Assembly (NCBI GenBank): GCA_000004985.1
Contig: GG738873.1
DNA length: 64,000 nt
Source of the DNA: Naegleria gruberi
Lineage: Eukaryota
Reading direction: 5' to 3' (one strand)
Both the position numbers and the translations under genes were made by a program. Below, piece by piece: positions 21,801-31,900 of this stretch. The notes beneath the pieces were generated by a model, which saw nothing but the letters and a program-made list of their open reading frames with translations, did no database searches and was not told the origin of the DNA. How positions within the stretch are numbered: position 1 is the stretch's first letter; each line of letters starts with the position of its first letter.

Positions 21801-22752
21801 AGCCAATAGTTCATTACTTACCTCAGATTTCCCAAGCGATACCTTTAACAATTCCTATTACCAGTTGAATTCTTCCAATACTAACACAAGTGCTACTTCT
21901 CCTCCTCAAAACACAGATCATTCTTTGCTCAAAGATAGATACAAGATTCAACAAGTTATTGGTCAAGGTGCATTTGGTAAATGTTATCTCTGTTTGGATT
22001 CTAAAAAGAATGACATGCCAGTTGCCATCAAGACTATTAGTTATGATCAAAGTAGACATTCTAAAATTATTGATGAATGTTCCAAAACACTTTCATACAG
22101 ACATGCAAATCTGGTTGAAGTATATGAATTCTTTGAAGCACAGATTATTCAATCTATTTGTATTGTAATGAAATTTTATGAAGGCGACTTGGAACATGCC
22201 TTGAAAGATTTGAAACAAGATGGAAAGATTGTCTCTGAGAAGATGATCATCTCCATCATGAAACAACTTGGAGATGGTTTGAACTATCTTCACCAAGAGA
22301 AACTAATTGTTCACAGAGATATCAAACCACGTAATATTTTCTACAGTAAATTGGACCGTGAATTGGATGAAATCCAAGTGGTTATTGGTGATTATGGAGA
22401 GGCAAAGGAAACTGGAGAAACTCAAAATTCAGTTGCAGGAACATTGCAATATATGGCGCCTGAGGTCTTTTCTAGAAAATACAGTTATAGTGCTGATATA
22501 TTTTCACTTGGAGTTTCACTCATTCAGGCCATGGCAAATGAATCCTTAGATTTAAACATTACAGCTCAATTATTATACGATAAGGAAGAAGTGGTGTTGG
22601 ACAGAACAATGGAACACTTGATATCAAGAGGTTACTCTGAGAAGCTTTGCAATTTTATTGTGACTATGGTCTCAAAGGAACCGAGTATGAGACCAACAAG
22701 TGCTGACATTCAAAATTTCACTCAAGATGATGGTGCCGAAAAGAGCATTTAA
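18880..22752 (+). CDS. Receptor-type Ser/Thr kinase 2: signal peptide, NHL-repeat propeller (many blades), 7 near-identical tenascin-type EGF repeats, TM segment, kinase domain
   Basis: The first ATG is at 18880 (MDKLKLNNTNSSTFLLLLLFLHLLFLAAQPIVHG). The track start at 18823 is GTG. The ORF is continuous to TAA 22750-22752. NHL motifs repeat (YNGD..A..A.LNxPxGIA...YIADTSNNKIRV). EGF units read CSGHGxCVSNNTCxCxSGWKGSLDC. The TM segment is IGLIVGLVVGLTLLVLLILLAIIVTICLIV. Kinase motifs are VIGQGAFGKCYL...VAIK, HRDIKPRNIF, IGDYGEAKE and GTLQYMAPE. Confidence 0.85.
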   Translation: MDKLKLNNTNSSTFLLLLLFLHLLFLAAQPIVHGQSLYHVKTIAGSYPYGYNGDDIEPTKAEITLPDGLALSPSNNGDIFIVDKINCRVRQVVASSGKIKTIVGVGIPGSVTTTIATMARLNYPSALAFQNSDVMYLSDNSHVIRKVVLSSNLISTYAGQVGVPGSIGDDGVAINALLNTPSGIAISPVNNNLYIADTSNNKIRVVSYTDGIIRTFAGGGTDTSTVVQDATNAQFNFPTSIAISNSGEVYIGDDKIRKVFNNGTSVLLFTSFGLSGQTNTVYGMAVSPITGALYVTVSDRVYMIQSNGVATLIAGSGAGYAGDNQLASNAMFRVTRGIAISSSGEIFISDGGNNRVRKINTNNIIATVAGTGSNLAYNGDNIEAVKAKLFGPESVAVAPNNEVIVADTRNDRLRKISLGGIITTITPSYSSPRSPLVPNVGEYYFVDSSTVKYLISSSGIVITKAGSGTTGYNADNIPATSAHLNFPKGIARSTNGDLFITDSGNHRIRKVFLNQTIITVAGTGTSAYNGDGLLATSANINNPYGIVLTSNNEVIFSEYEGHRVRKILNDGTLITIAGTGVDGYSGENLSGSNSMLRYPAGLAILSNDELLISDSQNHAIRKLFKNGTLITIAGTAPLYGYNGENLHPLETQFYGPMGVALSADESKIFIADTSNGKVRAISFGCDLQNQCSGHGDCAVNNCSCYSGWRGSSDCSLFSCETLNACSGLGTCVSNNTCSCTSGWKGSLDCSHFSCETLNNCSGHGACVGPNTCSCDLGWKGSLDCSFSCEKLNACSGHGVCVSNNTCVCDSGWKGSLDCNLPSCEMFKNCSGHGSCLSSNTCSCLSGWKGSLDCSLFSCDAVKNCSGNGTCTSSNGCSCLEGYGGLSCDNRIVPPTYVSPLASKNGPVTTTGNSNIGLIVGLVVGLTLLVLLILLAIIVTICLIVKLKKKKSKPLVTNEEPIEMITTIDENVTQTANSSLLTSDFPSDTFNNSYYQLNSSNTNTSATSPPQNTDHSLLKDRYKIQQVIGQGAFGKCYLCLDSKKNDMPVAIKTISYDQSRHSKIIDECSKTLSYRHANLVEVYEFFEAQIIQSICIVMKFYEGDLEHALKDLKQDGKIVSEKMIISIMKQLGDGLNYLHQEKLIVHRDIKPRNIFYSKLDRELDEIQVVIGDYGEAKETGETQNSVAGTLQYMAPEVFSRKYSYSADIFSLGVSLIQAMANESLDLNITAQLLYDKEEVVLDRTMEHLISRGYSEKLCNFIVTMVSKEPSMRPTSADIQNFTQDDGAEKSI
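20933..21543 (+). repeat. Tandem ~93-96-nt coding repeats (7 units) encoding tenascin-type EGF modules
   Basis: The units CETLNACSGLGTCVSNNTCSCTSGWKGSLDCSHFS, CETLNNCSGHGACVGPNTC..., CEKLNACSGHGVCVSNNTC... and the rest are highly similar at the DNA level. The antisense ORF track shows the same periodicity (RLPFHPKSHEHVL repeats). Confidence 0.7.
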
Positions 22753-22978
22753 TATTGTAATTAAATTATAAAATAATGGATCAAGTTTGTTTGGAATGTC
22801 ATTAAAATTTCTGTTAATTCCAGTAAATAATCAATTCCAAGAAACTCTCATCTGGTTTTGAGTGATATGTTTGTTGTTATTAAGGTGGATTTTAATGAAC
22901 TTTAGTTTCATTATTCTAATCTTGTGTACAAATTTCTTATTTTAGCACCCAACAATCATTCGGGTAAAATCAAAAAAA

Positions 22979-24058
22979 ATGAAACTAGATGAACTTCCCC
23001 TCGACCTTCTTTTCATCATTTGCGATTTTGCCTTCATTCGCAACAATCCCGATTCTCGCCTCGAATCAAACATTAAAACTTTATGTTCGATGGATTTGAT
23101 TTCATCAGTCCTGAGTAGAAATTACGAATTTAGGGGAAAATTGGAGGCAATTTGGAAAATTATTCTATTAAGTTATTTGGGTATTGTTTTGAATGATGAT
23201 GAGCAGGGAACTGTGAATGTTCTACGATCAGGATTTTCATTCCAAGTTGCTGATTTTGAAAATACATTGGAGAAGGCTAGTAAGAAAACATTTAACAGAT
23301 GTTTTGGGCTAATTAGAGAATGTGAGAAGAGGATTGGAAAGAGGAGATTTCAAGGTTTTGATATTGATACAAAGAGTGATAGAACTGTCTCAATTAGTGT
23401 TGTTGGAATGAGTGGGAGTGGAGTAAAATCCATGTTATATCGATATTTTGAAAATAAGTATATTGGAGATGATATTGGAATGATGGATGTGAATGATGAT
23501 TACAATAAGGAAATTAATATTGGAGACAGAGTGGTGAATTTTCAATTCAGGAATGGAAGTGCTTATCAAGATCGATATTTAAGGGATAGTTAGTTTCATA
23601 TCTGTTGTATGGTTAATTATTTAACAACATATTTAGCTGTTTTTCGATACTCTTCTGGGCATTTACTTGTTTTCAATGTTGATTCTGTTGAGGACTATGA
23701 AATAGAAAGCATGATTAGCACGGTTGGAAGAGTTCATGATGATGAGCTCATGCCCATTATTATATGTCTCAATAAGATTGATGTTATTGAGGGTCATCCA
23801 GAACTATACAAACTCAAACCAGAGTACCTGAAAGAAATTACTGAAAAATTATTCTATACCAATGTAGAAATCATTCCAACCAGTTCCAAGGACAACCTAA
23901 ATATTTCAACAGTTATGGAAAAGATTGCTAAGAAGGCCTACTTTTACATTGATGGATTTGATTGTCTTCGAATGAGAAAACATCTCCAACTGGTTGTTAA
24001 GAAGGATAAAAAGATTCTTAGACAATTTAATAAGAAGTCAAATTGTATCCTTTCTTAA
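22979..24058 (+). CDS. F-box-like N-terminus fused to a divergent Ras/Rab-like small GTPase domain (2 exons)
   Basis: Exon structure: join(22979..23588, 23637..24058). The intron 23589..23636 (GTTAGT...ATATTTAG, 48 nt) joins ...AYQDRYLRD|T|[15 protein letters not shown]. An F-box-like segment reads [14 protein letters not shown]. The GTPase motifs are degenerate. The P-loop GMSGSGVKS stands in for GxxxxGKS. The G3 box DTAGQ is replaced by RNGSAYQ. NKxD is conserved as LNKIDV. SAK is present as TSSKDN. Confidence 0.7.
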
Positions 24059-24107
24059 TCCCAATTGGATACAATAAAATTAAATTATTGAATAAGCAAA
24101 ACGAAAT

Positions 24108-24180
24108 CGCCCACCGTGGGGGTCGAACCCACGACCACAAGGTTAAGAGCCTTGCGCTCTACCGACTGAGCTAGACGGGC
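24108..24180 (-). tRNA. tRNA-Lys (anticodon CUU)
   Basis: Reverse complement: GCCCGTCTAGCTCAGTCGGTAGAGCGCAAGGCTCTTAACCTTGTGGTCGTGGGTTCGACCCCCACGGTGGGCG. The cloverleaf is complete. The anticodon loop is CTCTTAA and the T-loop is GGTTCGA. It is near-identical in architecture to canonical eukaryotic tRNA-Lys-CTT. Confidence 0.9.
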
Positions 24181-24264
24181 TACTGTTAAAGGTCTTTTCA
24201 GTATTCATTCGTAAGTGTTCAAAAGAACAATCTGGGATCTCCTTTTATTGTTATTGACTTAATG

Positions 24265-24423
24265 TTAATAATTATTGCCACATGTTCCACATGCTGCAGC
24301 ATTACCTTGCAATGGAGGAACGCCAGTACTTAAATTTCTTTTACAGTTTTTACACAAGGTAGCTCCACAAGATTTGCAACGAGCACTGTCGCTACTTCCA
24401 CATCCACTTGACCAATTACACAT
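24265..24423 (-). CDS. Speculative small Cys-rich ORF (52 aa, three CxxC pairs) between two tRNA genes
   Basis: The ORF runs from ATG 24423-24421 to TAA 24267-24265: MCNWSSGCGSSDSARCKSCGATLCKNCKRNLSTGVPPLQGNAAACGTCGNNY. It is below the ORF-track size cutoff. The track's overlapping 97-aa ORF is in another frame. Without expression data this may be spurious. Confidence 0.2.
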   Translation of the reverse strand: MCNWSSGCGSSDSARCKSCGATLCKNCKRNLSTGVPPLQGNAAACGTCGNNY

Positions 24424-24887
24424 TCTGATTTTGTTTTTTTGAGAAATTGAAATTGTTTGAGAACAAACTTGTTTATTCTTATACTTTTTTCAAAATCATG
24501 CTTTAGACTAATAGATAACATGGATGGCAAATAATTGGGATCAAAATAATGGATTGGTTGGTTAAATTGTAATAGTTTGTTGTAAACTAGATTCTTCCAG
24601 TTGAATTGGTAACTCTTAAACAATTCCTTACAAACATTGGTACTGCATTACAGTAAGATAAAGAAATATCACACAATGCAAGTTCTTATTACTGCAGAAT
24701 TTCTCACATTTATCACGATGAAAAATGAGAAATTTTTTTTTTGAAAATAGGGGCTGAGCTGAGGTTATTATCTCTATGGTTTCAATAAATAAAACTTTAA
24801 AAATTGAAGGATAGGTAGAATAGATATCTGTCTTTGTATTTTTTAAATATCAAATATTAACTATTCGGGATAGAGTCAAAAATTAAC

Positions 24888-24958
24888 CTCGAGTGCCGGG
24901 AATTGAACCCGGGTCGCCAGAGTGACAGTCTGGAATGCTACCACTATACCACACCCGA
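24888..24958 (-). tRNA. tRNA-Asp (anticodon GUC)
   Basis: Reverse complement: TCGGGTGTGGTATAGTGGTAGCATTCCAGACTGTCACTCTGGCGACCCGGGTTCAATTCCCGGCACTCGAG. The anticodon stem is CCAGA/TCTGG with loop CTGTCAC. The T-arm is CCGGG-TTCAATT-CCCGG. Confidence 0.9.
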
Positions 24959-25112
24959 TTTCACATTCTTTGTCATTAAAGTACGGATATATAAGTGTTA
25001 CCTTAACCATTTTCCAAACTTGGTTTAACGGTGCAATAGAAAATTGGGAACACCCTCAGAACCATTTTTTCATCAATACCTGAATTTGTGAAAAAGATCA
25101 AAATTGGGTTGT

Positions 25113-28100
25113 TTACTTGGATTTTTTCTTTGATGTGGTGGTACTAGTGGATGAAGGGGTAGTTTGTGGAGGTGGATTGATAAGATTGGATAAAATTTGT
25201 TGGTCTTCCTTTAAGAGATTTAAAATTTCTACAGGTGGTTTCTTAGAGAACGCTTGTCCATTTCCCATAGATTGTTGTAAATTCCATAATTTCATTGCTT
25301 CTTGTTCACCTTGTTTTAATTCTCTCTCGACAGCAACAGCTCTTCCTGTAAAATGTTCAAACCATTGTTCAGATTCCTTGACTTTTGGATCATTTTCACC
25401 ATACTTTTCTTTTAAGATCAAGTAATTCTTTCTCTCAAAAGTGACAGCATTCTTGTATTGTCTGAGGAAGTTGTAGGTCATGGCAATGGCATGGAGAGTG
25501 GTTGCTGATTGATCAGAATTTTCACCTAGAGTTGCATTATAAATTCTTAAACATTCGTGCAAGTACTTGAGAGATCTTTGCATGTCTCCCATATCTTGAT
25601 ACATCATGGCAATATTGAGCATGATGTGGGCAAGATCTGGATGATCAAATCCGCAGCACAAAACATGAATATATCTAGCTCTCAAGAAGTGTTTCAAAGC
25701 AAACTCAGCTTGTCCAACATTGAAACATAATAAACCTAAGAGTGAGTGAATTTGAGAAATGGTTGCACTGTCCAATCCCATAACTCTTCTGGAAATTAAT
25801 AAGGCGTTATGTTGATGTAAGAAAGATTGAGGTAAATCGGAGGCATTAAATAAAATGGTGGCAAGGAAACTGAAACAGGTGGCTACTTCGTTATTCATTG
25901 GGCCCTTAACTTGTTGGAACATGATAATGGCTTGTGAGAGGAATTCAAAGGCCATTTCAAAATTTCCTTTAGTGAGTTGTTGTCTACCAACATCCAAGAG
26001 ACTGTGTGCAGTCTTTGATCTTGGTGTACTGTGTTTGACAACAGGTTCAAGGGAAAGAATATCATTTTGGTTGAAAGGATTAGCAGTATTGAATTGGTAT
26101 TCTCTCAAGAGAATTTGAAGACCAATCTTCATACAGAAACTTCTAACAGTAGCAATAGTCTTGAATTTAGTGATAAAATCATCTTCTAATTCAAATCTGT
26201 AATGAGTCTTGACACGTTCCTTAATGAGGGAGAAGAGGGTAGCTTGAGTAATGTCAGTCTCTTCGAGAGCCTTCTTATCCTTCTTGTTTGGTTCATGTTC
26301 ATCAACATTGGTACCAAAGATGCAACACAAGAATTTGGAAATAAAGGTTGCCAAATTGGAATCTTCAACACTTCTCAAATACTTGTTATAGATGTGTTTG
26401 GCTGCTCTTGTAATCATTTCTTGCTTACACATCATTATAAGATGAGGAACAGAATGTTCCTTGGCAAGTTCAGCAATCTTACCTAGATATCTCATATTGA
26501 TACCTCTTTCATGCATGGCATCAGTGAGAGTTCTACCATCAAATGGATTTTCTTCTCTGAGCTTGAATGATTGAACAAACTTTGGAAGGAGGAATTCGAG
26601 GAGGAATTTACCCAATTTTTGAACCTCTTGAATATCTTGATCAATAACTTCTTGAGAACCTCCCAACTTGGTGTTAGAGTGAATATCAGTATTGAATGCA
26701 ATAACCAATTCATCCTTCTTTGTTTCTTCCTTCTTTTCCTCAGTTTCTTCCTTCTTTTCTTGTTGTTTACGTTTCTTTTGAGTAGTGACATAACTTTGAA
26801 TCAATTCTGGTCTGAAAATGGCAATCTTATTTTCAAGGAAATTGGTGTCTCTTGGAGTAATACTGATCAAATCCAAAACATAGAAACGACCATCTGAACC
26901 AACAATACCCTTGCATTCGGATGGACACAAAATGGTATGTTCCTTTCCACTTTCATCGATAATGGTATGTTCCTTAATGTGGAGCTTTTCAGCAGCTTCC
27001 TTCATGAGAGAGTGGTACTTTGGATCTGTGACAAATGATTTTCCTTCATCAATAGAACCATAGACATGTTTAGATCCTTGATCACCTTGCAAAATACCTG
27101 GAATAATACTTTGAGCGACAACTCTGTAACCTCTATAGTCAACAATTGCAGATGCAAGAGTGTGAACACCAGGAACATCAGCTTCATTGAAAGCAATAAC
27201 ACCCTTGAGGTCATTATTGGCATTTTCATAAGCATATTGATCCATATCATTTTCATCCTTTGGTTCATCAGTATTAATTGAAAAACTAAAGAAGATATTG
27301 TTTTGAATATAGACGTGGGATGATTTTTTGTCAGTTGGATTGATTGGTGAGAGGCTCTTATCAACAACTGCCTTGGCACCTTTAACAGCAGCATCAACAA
27401 AATCACAATGAATCTTGAAAAGAGTTCTATCTCTAATCAATCTTTCATCCATAGCTCCTGAAGGGAGCTCCTTACAATTTTGATATTCTTCATTCCATTC
27501 TCTTTGTTGAATTCTTGGATCAGTTCCCAACATGGTAAAGAATGATTCTTCAGCTCTATTTGGATCATATTCGTGTTTTTCCTCAATATTAATCCACTTT
27601 CTGACATGGAAAGGAACTGGTGTGACCTCAAATGGATGCTTCTTAATTCTGGAACTCAAGAGTTTTGGGAAAGTGGCTCTGAACAATGGAGAAATGTCAC
27701 AAATAAGACCAAGAAGTGTTTGATTCTTGTGTGGCTTGCTGGAAGGTAATGGATTGAACTTGATACCCTTTGTAGCATTCACATAGAATCCAGAAGGTGT
27801 GGCAGTAATGTGGAAAATTGCATTTTCCAAAGTTTCAATTTGCAAGTAGAACAAGTCACCCTTGATTTTTCTGTGTTCTGGAACAGGATTCCATGCAGAG
27901 AAGGTAATACTCTTGACACATTTTGGAAGTTCAGTATTAGAAAGCATGATGAGAGGTTCAAGAGAGCCAATTTTGAATGAATCGGCATCATATAAATTCT
28001 TTGTGTTAAATTCTTCTGGTGTTTGTGGCAATTCGACAACGCTAATCTTGTTTGTAAGATTTGGTTTCTTTTCATCGGAATTACCTTCATTGCCATTTTC

Positions 28101-28876
28101 TTCTTCATTCATTACCACAGTCTTTAATTCAACACGATCAATCTTTGAAGAAGATGTTGAAACCTTCTTCTTCTTTTTCTTTTTAGTTTCCCCAGCTGAT
28201 GAATCTGTATTTGTTGATTGTGAAGATTGATGGGATGGCAGTGTTTGACCTTCTAATTGTAAAAATTCCAAATCACAATTTAAAGCATGACCCAAATCGT
28301 TATACAGTTCAGAATTCACAGATGAGAAGAATGAAGGGAAGGAATGTTGGTTGTTTTTGGTTGCAGAATGGACAATGCCAGTAGAAAGATACAAATCGTC
28401 AATTTTAGAATAAAGTAATTCTCTCAAACGATATACGTGAGTTCTAGCTGATTTGTTATCATATGGCAGTGTGTGCATATTAATTTCTACTCCATCTTTA
28501 ATTTCAGGATAATCAGCAATGTCGGAAAAGTCATCCAAAGTCTTTCCTTTCACTGTGAATTCATAACTAGTAATGTAACTGGTCTCTACACATTCTGCTA
28601 AAAGTTGTTTAATTTCCAATGTAGAGTCACCTTTAGTAATTTGGAGTTTCAATTTACTACCAGTCAAAGTTTTGATGAAAACAGAGAAAACTTCTGCTTC
28701 CATAAAGGGTTGCTCTTGTTCTTGTTGTTCCTTTTCCATTTGATGCTCCACTTCTTGAACATATTGTTCCAAGTATTCATCCAAGTCTACACAATGTTGT
28801 CATGACAATCAAAAAATAAAAACAACCTACCTGCTTGAACCTTTTCTTCCAAGTGCATTGAAAAATCAAAAGACAT
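25113..28876 (-). CDS. CLU: CLU / clustered mitochondria (TIF31-like) protein homologue, 2 exons
   Basis: Exon structure: join(28876..28831, 28786..25113). A 46-nt first exon encodes MSFDFSMHLEEKVQA, followed by a 44-nt intron 28787..28830 (GTAGGT...TGTGTAG). The long ORF DLDEYLEQYVQEVEHQ... has no in-frame ATG before residue ~17. It carries a CLU central domain (GSDGRFYVLDLISITPRD) and C-terminal TPR-like repeats (LAHIMLNIAMMYQDMGDMQRSLKYLHECLRIY). The size is 1220+ aa with a Lys/Ser-rich tail. Confidence 0.85.
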
Positions 28877-30786
28877 TTTGATGACGAATTATTTCTATAC
28901 TATTAGTTGAATGTATTTGAATCCGAAAGAACCCGACAATAATAAGGATGATAATGATGAAAAACCCAACAAAAAGTAATATGGTATTTTTTAGGGTTTC
29001 AAAAATCAACCAGAATGTGTGGTGTGTTTTGTTGAATTTTTTTTTCTTTGAGGTTTTTTGCTTCAACTAAAATTTTCTCTATCAATTTGACCGACATGAT
29101 TTTGATAGAATCGAGCAGCAGAAGATATGAATTGCTGCTTCACACACTCAAGATGAGCCAATCGGATAGATGCTTGAGAGTAATCGGCACTAATTGATTT
29201 TCAAGTGGTTGCCTAAAGGGATTATTCAAGTCAATCAATTTGATAATAGTGATAAATAATGATAATTGTGAATAAACCTGAATTGTAGTCTGTCATTTTG
29301 AATATCATTGGATTTGCAATGGTATTTAATATTCACAGTTTAAGGGTAGTCAAAAATGCATTATTGAAAAATTGTCCTCGTTTCATTGAGCTCCTGATAA
29401 CAATAGATTCTTTATACATAACAAACTTGAATACATCTCTGTGGAGAAATGGCCATTTTCACATATCTTCTCTTATATCTGTATTTGTAAAGTTGCTTAT
29501 TCCCTGCTGTTGACTTTAAGTGTTCGAAAAGGTATAACATTTTTCCAAAATTAAGATAACATGTCACCTTAGTCACTCAATATGCATATTATTTGACTTT
29601 TTTCAAAGAGATTTGAGCTCAAACTGTAAGATCTGAAAATACAGGATTCTCAGTGCTAACCATGATTTTGCTTTTCCATCTTAGAGATCTATCATTGAAT
29701 CTCCTAGCAGTTTGATAATTACAACATCTGTTCGTCTCTTTACCAAAACTTTCTCAACCAACATTGAATTAATACAATGCCACAACAGTTTAACATGACC
29801 AATTTATTAGATATTGAACAGCACATCCTGACTATGGAGTGGGTTAAAAAGACCATGGATTCTTAATGAATTGGATCTTATTGTTTTGTATTGTTAGTCA
29901 TAACCAAAGAATCACTTGCATTTTTCATTCAACTTTTTGCAGTTCTCATCCAGCTGTCACCCTCAAAACAAACCCATCACACCGAAAAAGAACCTGACAG
30001 AATAGCAAACACTGCTTGGTTGAATGCAAACCAAACAACATATTTTCTGCTTGATTAGCTAGTAATCTCCCTCACTACCAGTCATCAAACGCTGAACCTC
30101 TTCAATTTCTTCTTCTTCATTCACAAACAACATCAATAGCAATCTGAGTAAGTAGGAGAATCATTCCCAAAGCTCTCAGTTATTGCATTTGGGTTGAAGA
30201 TTCTCAGCAAGAAACTACGTCGAAAAAAAATCGCAACCGCCCTTTTACCGCCAACTCTCTTTCCAAACAACAACATACTTATTGTGTGTTCAATACTACT
30301 AGACTTCTTGGTACATTACGCAGCGAGAATCATCATTAGTAATAGACAATAATACATTCTAACAACAAGAGTAGTACATCAAGAAGAAGAAGAAGAATTT
30401 TTTCAATTCACTCTAGTAGAAATATTTGAAAACGTTTAATAGCCTGTGGCGATACAACTAAACCTTTCCCTTTTTCATAGTCAAAAGTTCAACCTCGGTT
30501 GTGTGGCTGTTCCGAAGATTCTCATCCAAGATCATCATCATCACTAGTAGTATCATCTTTTGAGGATCCATCATCCCCTTCATATCTTTATATTTATTCT
30601 GTTTATAGATATTGTTTCATACTGTACATATATTCCAATTCTAATTATCTGGCACGATCAGCATTGAACAAGTTAATTGATTATCTAAACTACCATTATC
30701 CCTTTTCCATTTAATCTATATCATCAACAAGATTATATATAACTGAAAAGAATCATTTCAGAAAAAAGTTTAAACATCTCTCGACT

Positions 30787-30844
30787 GTAAGTACAAGTTA
30801 CAATATTTATTCATGATCATTTATTTCAATTTATTGAATCATAG
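30787..30844 (+). other. Candidate 5'-UTR intron immediately upstream of the ATG at 30848
   Basis: The span has a GTAAGT donor at 30787 and an AT-rich body ending ...ttgaatcatag|aatATG. It is 58 nt long, which fits the local intron size range. Confidence 0.3.
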
Positions 30845-30847
30845 AAT

Positions 30848-31609
30848 ATGACAAGCCTGATTGATACTGTTGAACAAGTTGTCTCCCCAACATCAACAAC
30901 ATCTCCAATGATTAACATACACTCAGCGTGTACTTCCTCCTGTTCCTTTGATTGCACAGCAGAAAGAGAAACAACATGCTATGAAGATGCCTGCTCTGAA
31001 CATAGCTGTGGTGATCACCACCACGAAGAAACAAGAGAGCATGCACCAGCTACAAATATGCCTCTTGTAGTAGGCCCTGCTCTAGTTTCCCCGACTGCTG
31101 TTGCCAATGGCTGCAAATCGTGTTATACTAGACCACCACATTTGAGAGCCAAGTGTTGTGGACCTGGTAAGGCAAAGCTCTTTAAGAAAAAGTCAAAGGT
31201 TTTGGGAGCTGTATTGGCAGAGAGTGGAATTCTTTCTGATTTGTTAGAGAAGGAAAAACAAGAAAAGGATTCCCTCTCGAATACTGGTTCATACATTCAC
31301 CTCACTCAATTTACATCTGTTGTTGGTGAAGAAAACAATTGTACAAAAGAAGTACTCACCACTACTTCACATAAGGAACACGTAGACGAGACATTGATAG
31401 AACAAGCCAACCATAGCAGCTTACCTCCACTGGTAGATGTTTCCACACATCAAGAAGCCATTGAAAAACCTTCGAGAATGAGATCCTTTTTGAGTGGATT
31501 ATTACAGAGAAAACAAAAGGTTATGGTAACTCTGGGTTTTTCTGGTGATTCCTCAACAACAAGTATGGAAACAACTTCTGATTCTTCACTGACGACAACA
31601 GAAAACTAG
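30848..31609 (+). CDS. Hypothetical Cys/His-rich protein (253 aa)
   Basis: The ORF runs from ATG 30848 to TAG 31607-31609. The N-terminal half is Cys/His-rich (CTSSCSFDCTAERETTCYEDACSEHSCGDHHHEE...CKSCYTRPPHLRAKCCGPGK). The C-terminal half is Ser/Thr-rich. No family was recognised. Confidence 0.5.
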   Translation: MTSLIDTVEQVVSPTSTTSPMINIHSACTSSCSFDCTAERETTCYEDACSEHSCGDHHHEETREHAPATNMPLVVGPALVSPTAVANGCKSCYTRPPHLRAKCCGPGKAKLFKKKSKVLGAVLAESGILSDLLEKEKQEKDSLSNTGSYIHLTQFTSVVGEENNCTKEVLTTTSHKEHVDETLIEQANHSSLPPLVDVSTHQEAIEKPSRMRSFLSGLLQRKQKVMVTLGFSGDSSTTSMETTSDSSLTTTEN

Positions 31610-31900
31610 ACACTTCCTGATGTTAACAAGTTACAATATTCCTATAGTCAAATGACAATAGTCATTCTCGTTTTCCAATTGTGCTTCATAGCACTTCCAT
31701 TAGCGAAACATTTCGATGAATTTGTGAAATGTCAAGATGGAAAATCCCTCCATTAATTTATTTAACTCCTAAATGAATGGCAAGTGCCATTACTCACCTC
31801 TCATAATAAATCTAAAAACCGAACGATTTCATTATTAAACAAGTCAAAAGTCTTGAACAAAATTCAATCTCTGCAAAGAGATATTGGAATATTAAGTTTA

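Noticed and set aside
24330-24623. 97-aa ORF on the minus strand between the two tRNAs
   Set aside because: It has no recognisable domain and starts with a non-ATG 'M' in the track. It overlaps in another frame the only ORF there with a protein-like Cys pattern. Most likely it is a chance ORF in an AT-rich spacer.
28877-30847. Transposable element or mobile-element remnant as an explanation for the 2-kb ORF-free region
   Set aside because: No terminal repeats, target-site duplications, reverse-transcriptase or transposase ORF fragments, or poly-A/simple-repeat tails were seen. A UTR or lncRNA is more consistent with the intron-like motifs.
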